The notes beneath the pieces were generated by a model, which saw nothing but the letters and a program-made list of their open reading frames with translations, was not told the origin of the DNA and ran no database searches. Below, in pieces: positions 1 through 6,451 of a DNA stretch of 11,713 bases. Each line of letters opens with the position of its first letter. The first letter of the stretch is position 1. Origin of the DNA: Promethearchaeota archaeon (GTDB taxonomy: Archaea; Asgardarchaeota; Lokiarchaeia; Sigyniarchaeales; SOKP01); assembly GCA_016930515.1 (NCBI GenBank), contig JAFGGO010000091.1:1-11713 (forward strand), given 5' to 3'. Position numbers and translations under genes: made by a program.

Positions 1-1198
1 ATTGTTCTTTTAGTTTTGAAACGATTTGATTAATGTGTTCGAAATTTCTCGTTTCTAACTCAATTATAACCTCGCTTTTTAAGTATTCCAGTTCTAATCT
101 TTCTCTATCGTGAATTATCGAGACAACATTTCCTTTCTGTTCGGCGATAATTTTTAAAACGCTCAATAAAGCTCCTGGGGTATCAGGTATTTTCATCTGG
201 ACTTTTAGTAAACGGCCCTCCTTGATAAGCCCTTTATTAATGATCCTGCTTATCAGGTTCGGAGTGAGATTACCGCCCGAAACGATTACTACAATTTTTT
301 TATTTTTCACGGATATCTTATTATTTAACAAGGCAGCCAAAGCAGCAGCACCAGCACCTTCTACGAACAATTTTGAGCGCTCCATGAGTAGAAGGATCGC
401 ATTTGCTACTTCCTCATCAGAAACGAGTATTATATCGTCTACATTCTTCTTAATCAAATCGTACGTGATTTTGCCAGGTTCTTTAACGGCAATTCCGTCG
501 CAAATAGTTTCTTTTGTTAAGGTTCTCGTTATTTTTTTATCGTGATATGAATCACTCATCGAACGAGCGTTTTCCGATTGAACTCCAATTATCTGGATAT
601 CAGGATTTTTTGCTTTACAATACGAACTCAGACCAGAAATAAGACCTCCACCTCCTATCGGGCAGATGATGTGATTTACATCTGGTAATTGTTCCAAGAT
701 TTCTACTCCAATTGTCGCCTGTCCCTTAATTACATCTAAATCGTTATAAGCGTGAACAAAAGTCATGCCATTTGATTCTTGTATTTTAAGCGCTTCCTGG
801 TAGGCTTCATCGTAAGATCTTCCTCTTTCTATTACATTTCCATTTGGATTGTAATTTTTAATAGCCTCAATCTTCACGATTGGTGCTCCTTCTGGTACGA
901 TGATGGTTGATTTAATCCCAAAAAGTTTAGCAGCTAAGGATACTGCTTGCCCATGGTTTCCCGCAGAAGCCGTTATGACTCCTTTCTTGCGCTCTAATTC
1001 GGGTAGTCTAGAAATTTTGTTATATGCGCCTCTTATTTTAAAGGATCCCGTTCTTTGGATGTTCTCTAGTTTAAGATACACTTCGTTAGAACACATTCGC
1101 GAAAATGTATTACTTTTATTTAAGGGCGTCTTGTGAATCAGATCCCCAAATGATCGTCTAATTGCTTCAATTTCTTGAGTGTAATTATTCGTAGTGAT
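1..1198 (-). CDS. ilvA: Threonine ammonia-lyase (threonine dehydratase), PLP-dependent, single C-terminal ACT domain; 3' end runs off the window; start codon non-canonical or uncertain
   Basis: Manual minus-strand translation of both ends gives ...EIEAIRRSFGDLIHKTPLNKSNTFSRMCSNEVYLKLENIQRTGSFKIRGAY (PLP-lysine motif GSFKIRGA) and, in the same frame, an ACT-like C-terminus GRLLKVQMKIPDTPGALLSVLKIIAEQKGNVVSIIHDR...LETRNFEHINQIVSKLKEQ, open to the window edge. The first in-frame ATG (1096) lies downstream of the conserved TPL motif. Proposed start is ATC at 1198 (alternatives ATC 1201, ATT 1204). Confidence 0.93.
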   Translation of the reverse strand, partial: MTTNNYTQEIEAIRRSFGDLIHKTPLNKSNTFSRMCSNEVYLKLENIQRTGSFKIRGAYNKISRLPELERKKGVITASAGNHGQAVSLAAKLFGIKSTIIVPEGAPIVKIEAIKNYNPNGNVIERGRSYDEAYQEALKIQESNGMTFVHAYNDLDVIKGQATIGVEILEQLPDVNHIICPIGGGGLISGLSSYCKAKNPDIQIIGVQSENARSMSDSYHDKKITRTLTKETICDGIAVKEPGKITYDLIKKNVDDIILVSDEEVANAILLLMERSKLFVEGAGAAALAALLNNKISVKNKKIVVIVSGGNLTPNLISRIINKGLIKEGRLLKVQMKIPDTPGALLSVLKIIAEQKGNVVSIIHDRERLELEYLKSEVIIELETRNFEHINQIVSKLKEQ

Positions 1199-1225
1199 GA
1201 TAATCCCCCGAAGTAATATGGTTTA

Positions 1226-1810
1226 TTATAAGGGTTTGGCAAGGATTGCTTTAACGCGGAGTTCTTTAAACACGCTTGTCGGAGCAGGTTTTATCAAACA
1301 GGCAGTATCTGCACCCCGTCCCGTCCCTCCTACGCAAATAATGTCCCTGTTCAAGTCGGGAATCAATCCTGCGTCGCAGGTAGTTGCTGCGATCTCTATG
1401 CAAACTTTTACTCCTTGGCTAAATTGAACGCCCAAAATTTTAGCATATAAATCAACGAACTGCCAGGCTTCCTTATTAAGCCTTATCCCTCTTTCGATTC
1501 CGCTCATGGCATGAGTACTCGCGTGGACTTTAAATCCATGGTTTTTCAATTCTAACATTTTTTCTTCTGGAAATTCTTGTCGCAAAGAGGGACCAGTGAA
1601 ATAAAAGGCGTGAGTTATGATAACAACATTAAATAGAGAAGGATCAAAAAATGCTTTTGCCTTTTCAGCAACCGTTCCCGTAGTACTCGCAAGCACGATA
1701 TCGTTAATTCCTAAAAGTTCTGCAGTTTTTTTTGCAATTTCTAAAGTTTTTTCCGTATTTTCAGGACCTTTTTTTTCAAAATATATAACATCTAATTTTA
1801 AATCAGTCAT
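1226..1810 (-). CDS. COG1751-type protein (pyruvate kinase C-terminal alpha/beta-like domain, MTH1675-like), function unknown
   Basis: 194-aa ORF with the family pattern YFEKKGPENTEKTLEIA...IVLASTTG...THA.SGIER...FSQGVKVCIEIA...DAGLI...GGTGRGADTA..IKPA. Confidence 0.85.
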   Translation of the reverse strand: MTDLKLDVIYFEKKGPENTEKTLEIAKKTAELLGINDIVLASTTGTVAEKAKAFFDPSLFNVVIITHAFYFTGPSLRQEFPEEKMLELKNHGFKVHASTHAMSGIERGIRLNKEAWQFVDLYAKILGVQFSQGVKVCIEIAATTCDAGLIPDLNRDIICVGGTGRGADTACLIKPAPTSVFKELRVKAILAKPL

Positions 1811-1860
1811 TTATTTAGTCTCTCGTTTAAAATTGATCGTTAGTAATTCGAAAGATGTTC

Positions 1861-1876
1861 TTTAATAAAAGCTTTC
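1861..1876 (-). promoter_or_regulatory. Putative BRE-TATA promoter for the COG1751-ilvA unit
   Basis: Minus strand reads GAAAGCTTTTATTAAA, ending about 50 nt upstream of the ATG at 1810. Confidence 0.55.
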
Positions 1877-1902
1877 TCCCATAATTATCAACCACAAAAT
1901 TG

Positions 1903-1918
1903 GAAAGATTTAATTAAA
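1903..1918 (+). promoter_or_regulatory. Putative BRE-TATA promoter for the 2006..2377 gene
   Basis: GAAAGATTTAATTAAA; 14/16 identical to the divergent element at 1861-1876. Confidence 0.5.
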
Positions 1919-2005
1919 CAAAATATATTTTAATTTGTTTGACAATTATAATACATCAAGCATAAATCAATATAGCAATCTCAAGAGATAAGCCTTTAGA
2001 ACGAC

Positions 2006-2377
2006 ATGCCGCTAGGAATCATCGTAAAGAAATGGAACGAACGGATTGGTCTTGAAACGCTTGCCCAATATCCGCGAAATAAGGATTTTTTCATATCTAA
2101 CCAAACTTTCCTTCATTTACTTAATTTACACGGTTTTTCTAACGAGTCAGGAATGACTAGCTTGACAGTAAAGGAAACCAATATTATTACTTATTATTCA
2201 GGAAGTGATACGGGATATTTTGTCATTTTAGCTTTAAATCTTTTGGAGAATGCAGAAGATTTCGAAGAAAAACTAGAAGAAATTGCATTAGAGATACTTG
2301 ACAATCTCAAAGACAATCAATACGAAAAATTGCTTCCCAGACTCTATAGAAAGATCTTGCAACCTTTAAATGAATAA
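2006..2377 (+). CDS. Stand-alone longin/uDENN-like domain protein (Asgard type)
   Basis: 123 aa. The N-terminal GIIVKKWNERIGLETLAQYP matches the longin/uDENN beta-hairpin pattern (hhh-x-[FW][DN]-x3-G...P). The apparent order beta-beta-alpha-beta-beta-beta-alpha-alpha fits a longin fold. Confidence 0.65.
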   Translation: MPLGIIVKKWNERIGLETLAQYPRNKDFFISNQTFLHLLNLHGFSNESGMTSLTVKETNIITYYSGSDTGYFVILALNLLENAEDFEEKLEEIALEILDNLKDNQYEKLLPRLYRKILQPLNE

Positions 2378-2627
2378 TACCAAAAATTGTATTATCTGGA
2401 TATTATTAATTTTTTATTACCTAATCATAATTCTTCTATATTAATATACATACTATTCTCGTAGTACATTAGGCGCTAATATTTTTGTCGGAGGACTTTT
2501 CATAATAAATATTGACCCTTATTGAAATTCCGAAAATTTAGGAAACCAGTTAACCAAAATAGTTAAATAGAAGTTAGATATATTTAAAGTAAGGAGATAA
2601 AAAAATCAAATTGGATGTTAGTGACAC

Positions 2628-3152
2628 ATGACTGTAGAAGATGACGATATAAAACAATTCATGCAAGAAACAAACAAGCAGTATCACAGTCTTTCGATTC
2701 CATTTATTCGATGGAAAACCGACCAACTTAACAAGGAAATGGAAACTCACGATGCAAAGTTCTATTCCATATCCTCTATGATTTCTGAAGTTCAATTAAA
2801 CATTCAAAAGATTTTTAAAAAATTTGCCAGTTTTGAAAAGCGTCTCGAAAAGCTAGAAAGCGGTGAAGTGGTTAAAAAGAAAAAGAAACATTCAAAAATA
2901 TCTGAAGACCACTTTTATAGGATATTAAAAGTCGTTTACAAATCAATGGAAAAGAGATTTGGTGATTTTGTTTCGGTATCTGCTCTTACAGAGAAAATCA
3001 AGGAGTATTTGCCGCTTCCTACCGAGAAAATACACACACACCTTTACGAATTATTTATGGAATATAAAATCGACCTCCAAACCGGAAAAAATGTGGGAGG
3101 AACCCCGTTAATTCAAGACGGAAAGGAATTCGTATGGTTTAAATTTAAATAA
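2628..3152 (+). CDS. Hypothetical protein: N-terminal coiled coil, poly-Lys linker, C-terminal winged-helix-like domain
   Basis: 174-aa ORF. Heptad-like stretch ISEVQLNIQKIFKKFASFEKRLEKLE, then KKKKK, then three helices and a beta-hairpin (FVSVSALTEKI...IHTHLYELFMEYKIDLQTG...GKEFVWFKF). Ends 18 nt before the ATPase gene. Confidence 0.7.
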   Translation: MTVEDDDIKQFMQETNKQYHSLSIPFIRWKTDQLNKEMETHDAKFYSISSMISEVQLNIQKIFKKFASFEKRLEKLESGEVVKKKKKHSKISEDHFYRILKVVYKSMEKRFGDFVSVSALTEKIKEYLPLPTEKIHTHLYELFMEYKIDLQTGKNVGGTPLIQDGKEFVWFKFK

Positions 3153-3170
3153 AATTTAATGTGAGAAAGA

Positions 3171-5324
3171 ATGACTTTAGAAGAACTAAAAGTAACCGAA
3201 GAGAAAAAAGATTGGTTGAAAAAATGCACGAATATTTTGTTAGATTCAAATAATCCTAATCCATTTCCAAAACCTCCCTTTGCAACTAACTATTACAATA
3301 ACCCACCAAATTTTTGCCACGGTCGGGATGATTATATTTATCAAATTTCTAACGAAATAAACGATAGCATCAACGCTCTTCAACCAAAACTCATAAGAAT
3401 AATGGGTAAGCAAGGTATTGGAAAATCAACTTTAATTTGTTGGTGCGCCCAAAAATTAAACGAAGTATATCCGACACCAATTATCTACATGGAAACAAGC
3501 GGTCAGCCTGATGACTTCAATATGCGCTCTCTATACAGGCAAATTACTTCGAAGATCGAAAAAACAGATTTTATCGACAAATTGATTTTAAATTCGATTA
3601 AAACTTTTGTTCAAACCTTTGCCGACGACAAAACACTTGTAAAACAATTAAAAAACGAGTTTTCTGACGAAGAAATTAATAACATTTTAAAAGATCCAAA
3701 TTATATCGAAAAAAAGACTCACGATGTAAAATTTAACGAAAAACTCTTTGAATTGCTAACAAATAACGCAATTATTTTGAAAAAGAGCGTTCCAATTAAC
3801 TTGAATTATCTTTTAATCTTCTGGAAAGCACATATACAAAATCCCGATGTATTGGACGCTTCAAATGCTTTTGGAGGAGCAGGGTCCTTCGGAGGCATGA
3901 ATATAAACACGGATAACGATGCTTCCAAATACATAGACGAAATAGTTGAGTTATTAAGATGGTCCTTCGAAGATAAAACAACAATTATTATCATCTTTGA
4001 TCACCTCGAAGCGGGAGTTTCTCAACAGAAAGAGGAAGTCTTTCTAAACTTATTTTCACTTCTTTTAAATCTCAGGCAAAAGAAATACATGACATTAGTA
4101 CTTTCTGGTACGCTAGATGCATATGTCGCTTTTGATGAGGTCTTACAGGAAGATCAGAGGCTTCAACTCGATAATTGGGCGAAAACCATTGCTTTAACGA
4201 ATATGAATCCTAACGATATCATTGAGATCGTCAACCGTTATTTAGCCAAGTTTTGGGATATATTTGATGAAAAGCCTTCTCCTCGAAATTCACTCTTTCC
4301 ATTTGGTATCAATAGTATCAAATATGTATACGAAAATCACGGTCAGGACCTGCGCAAAACTCTTAAACAATTATACTTACTTGTTGAGCAATACAAAAAA
4401 GATAAGAAAGTAGAATACATTGACAGCTTCGAAAAAGCATTCAAAATATTCCGACAACGCGACGATGTATTATTATCGTTCATAGAAAAGAAAGAACTCG
4501 TGGCAAAATTGCTCGATTCGAGAATTAAAGATACCATGAGAACCGAACAGGTCGAGAAAGCACTTTGCATGTTTTTCGACACTTTGCGGGATAATTCAGA
4601 TTATGAATTTATCTCAGATGTGAAATATAAGAAATCTGGAGGAAACAAAGGACCAAATATTATAATAGAGTTCTTTGGGAATGAAAGTCCTGATTTAGCC
4701 CGTACTTTTGGGATTGAGGTTAAAATATCCAATAACTCAAAGCTGATTTCTAAGGAAGATATTAAGAAGACATATCAAATATTACAAGACGATTCCGTAG
4801 ACTACATTAATTGGATTACTAATACCCCTTTGAATCTCAACATTACCTTTGAAGCTCCTCAAGGCTCGAAAATAACCATAGGAAGAATAGATCCCTTAAG
4901 TGACGAAGAATTAGCATATATGTCATTCATGGTGTACTTTAAAAAACTCACTGGTAGAACCTGCCAAATGGAAGAAATTGAATTTATCCTCAACAAGATC
5001 GATCTTTCACCCATTAAATTAAAAGAGAAAATGATGAACTTAAAGGCATTACCTTCAAAAACTCGGGACGATCAGCTCGGATTTAGGCCAATAAAATCAA
5101 TCGAAATTGGACCAGAACTCATCAGAATTGAAGTAGAAAAATTCCTTAAAGAGAAAATTGATTCTAACAAAAAGATCAGCTATACAAGCACGATTAAATC
5201 GATTCGAGATGCTCTTAATCTCGAACCAGGAGATAAACGTTGGAACGAAGATATATGGACCATTACAATGGATCTCACTAAGGATAAATGTTTGAAACAG
5301 ACACCTAAAACAATTTATTTTTAA
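3171..5324 (+). CDS. STAND/AAA+-like P-loop ATPase fused to an Mrr-like PD-(D/E)xK domain and a probable C-terminal winged helix
   Basis: 717 aa. NPF...FCHGRDD pre-P-loop motif; Walker A GKQGIGKST (3405-3431); Walker B-like IIIIFDHLE (3984-4010); lid-like SLFPF...GQDLRKTL. Nuclease-like segment: VEKAL helix, GPNIIIEF, FGIEVK (E516/K518), ISKEDIKK helix, YINWITN strand. The ATPase call is firm; the nuclease and wH calls are inference. Confidence 0.75.
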   Translation: MTLEELKVTEEKKDWLKKCTNILLDSNNPNPFPKPPFATNYYNNPPNFCHGRDDYIYQISNEINDSINALQPKLIRIMGKQGIGKSTLICWCAQKLNEVYPTPIIYMETSGQPDDFNMRSLYRQITSKIEKTDFIDKLILNSIKTFVQTFADDKTLVKQLKNEFSDEEINNILKDPNYIEKKTHDVKFNEKLFELLTNNAIILKKSVPINLNYLLIFWKAHIQNPDVLDASNAFGGAGSFGGMNINTDNDASKYIDEIVELLRWSFEDKTTIIIIFDHLEAGVSQQKEEVFLNLFSLLLNLRQKKYMTLVLSGTLDAYVAFDEVLQEDQRLQLDNWAKTIALTNMNPNDIIEIVNRYLAKFWDIFDEKPSPRNSLFPFGINSIKYVYENHGQDLRKTLKQLYLLVEQYKKDKKVEYIDSFEKAFKIFRQRDDVLLSFIEKKELVAKLLDSRIKDTMRTEQVEKALCMFFDTLRDNSDYEFISDVKYKKSGGNKGPNIIIEFFGNESPDLARTFGIEVKISNNSKLISKEDIKKTYQILQDDSVDYINWITNTPLNLNITFEAPQGSKITIGRIDPLSDEELAYMSFMVYFKKLTGRTCQMEEIEFILNKIDLSPIKLKEKMMNLKALPSKTRDDQLGFRPIKSIEIGPELIRIEVEKFLKEKIDSNKKISYTSTIKSIRDALNLEPGDKRWNEDIWTITMDLTKDKCLKQTPKTIYF

Positions 5325-5337
5325 TGCGTTTAATTTC

Positions 5338-5396
5338 CTTGTTTTACTCATAAACAAGAAAAAGTAAGAGAGAGTTGCAAAAAATTGCATCTCTTA
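5338..5396. terminator. Two hairpins between the convergent ATPase and albA genes; probable terminator region
   Basis: CTTGTTT-7nt-AAACAAG (5338-5358) and TAAGAGA..TGCAA-AAAA-TTGCATCTCTTA (5365-5396). On the minus strand the second hairpin is followed by CTTTTTCTTGTTT. Confidence 0.5.
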
Positions 5397-5428
5397 TTGA
5401 AAAAATACTAAAAATGTTGTGTATGATA

Positions 5429-5710
5429 CTACTTAGGTGGGCTAAGAATAATTTCTATGGAGCTAACATTGCTATTTTGTCCATTCTCGCCAGATAATGC
5501 CTCTGTAGAAATGACAATGTCTTTATAATCAACATTTTTTATGAACCGGTTCTTTAGAATCTCGCACACATCCACTGCGTGTGAAATAGCTCGCCCACGA
5601 GCCTTGATGGTGCATTCTTCGCCTTTATTCAAGATCATCATTGCTGCCATCACATAATTCATCGTGGGGCGTCGACCGACAAATACCGAGTTTTCATCCT
5701 TTTTTGGCAT
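5429..5710 (-). CDS. albA: DNA/RNA-binding chromatin protein Alba
   Basis: 93 aa with VFVGRRPTMNYV, IKARGRAISHAVDVCE..KNRF and NVSSIEIIL motifs. SD-like GAGGT at 5718-5722. Confidence 0.96.
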   Translation of the reverse strand: MPKKDENSVFVGRRPTMNYVMAAMMILNKGEECTIKARGRAISHAVDVCEILKNRFIKNVDYKDIVISTEALSGENGQNSNVSSIEIILSPPK

Positions 5711-5798
5711 GTTTGTAACCTCTTTGCTTTTTTCAATGCTTGTTGTTTCTTTTTTAGTATTTAGTATTTTTTTTAGTATGTATTAAAAAAGTCAAATC

Positions 5799-5812
5799 CT
5801 TAAAAATGTTGT
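5799..5812 (-). promoter_or_regulatory. Putative albA promoter (BRE-TATA-like)
   Basis: Minus strand reads ACAACATTTTTAAG, about 90 nt upstream of the albA ATG. Confidence 0.35.
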
Positions 5813-5905
5813 AAGAATTTTTATTGATTAAAACAGCACAAACGAAATAAATTTAAAAATTAATACTCTCCCTCGATTTTATTTAAGAAAAATTTTTAAA
5901 AATAT

Positions 5906-6244
5906 ATGAGTAAAATGCTAACGAAAAATGAGGAAAATTATTCTCTCTATAATCTAGATCCCCTAATATCTTTTCACGATCTAGAAGCATTTTTCTCAAA
6001 AAAAAAGAATTATTTATTATCCCTAATTGAAAAAAACACCATTCAACGGGAAAGAGAAAAAATATTTTGTGTGTTAAAAACCTTAAACGATTTGTTTATT
6101 TTAATCCAAACAATTAAATTTCAAGATTTTCAAGCATGTGAACTAGGTTATCCACAGCGATCCATCAAAACCATAAAAAACTATTTAACTCGTTATATTG
6201 AAAAAAATATTGATATTGAGATAATATTAAAATATTTATCTTAA
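5906..6244 (+). CDS. Hypothetical protein, apparently all-alpha
   Basis: 112-aa ATG ORF that stays open in very AT-rich DNA and fills the gap between albA and the ABC operon. No recognisable motif. Confidence 0.55.
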   Translation: MSKMLTKNEENYSLYNLDPLISFHDLEAFFSKKKNYLLSLIEKNTIQREREKIFCVLKTLNDLFILIQTIKFQDFQACELGYPQRSIKTIKNYLTRYIEKNIDIEIILKYLS

Positions 6245-6365
6245 ATTAGGACAACCTTAGATTCGAAAAAAAAATTTTATTCATTTCTAAGACTCTATAT
6301 ATTAAAATATAAAAGGCAATCGTAATATTTTTAGATATTTAAAGTATAATTATTTCATGAAAATT

Positions 6366-6380
6366 AAAAAGTTTTTAAAT
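6366..6380 (+). promoter_or_regulatory. Putative BRE-TATA promoter of the ABC operon
   Basis: AAAAAGTTTTTAAAT. It abuts the ORF-track TTG at 6380, which argues for a later start codon. Confidence 0.45.
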
Positions 6381-6451
6381 TGAGTATATATTTTGTTTCT
6401 AATGATAATCCAGATTTTCATTACTTTATAATAAAGAGTTGGCGAAAATCA

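Noticed and set aside
1223-1228. Stop-codon readthrough fusing COG1751 to ilvA
   Set aside because: Two consecutive TAA codons; neither Sec (TGA) nor Pyl (TAG) recoding applies.
222-1865. Plus-strand ORFs 222..545, 900..1136, 1194..1427 and 1617..1865
   Set aside because: Antisense shadows of ilvA and the COG1751 gene, which carry clear family motifs on the minus strand.
2453-2503. 16-codon minus-strand mini-ORF (MKSPPTKILAPNVLRE) in the intergenic gap
   Set aside because: Too short, with no SD or other support.
3171-5324. Calling the ATPase Cdc6/Orc1 or a BREX component
   Set aside because: The long Walker A-B insert, atypical Walker B and nuclease-like domain do not fit Orc1, and no pglX/pglZ-type genes are in the window.
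2574-5390. Minus-strand ORFs 2574..2795, 3796..3984, 3806..3994, 4343..4582 and 5097..5390
   Set aside because: Short, motif-less, and antisense to the longer coherent genes.
6380-6451. N-terminal 24 codons of the ORF-track ABC ATPase
   Set aside because: TTG 6380 abuts a TATA-like element and the segment looks non-coding. TTG 6452 gives a typical N-terminus.
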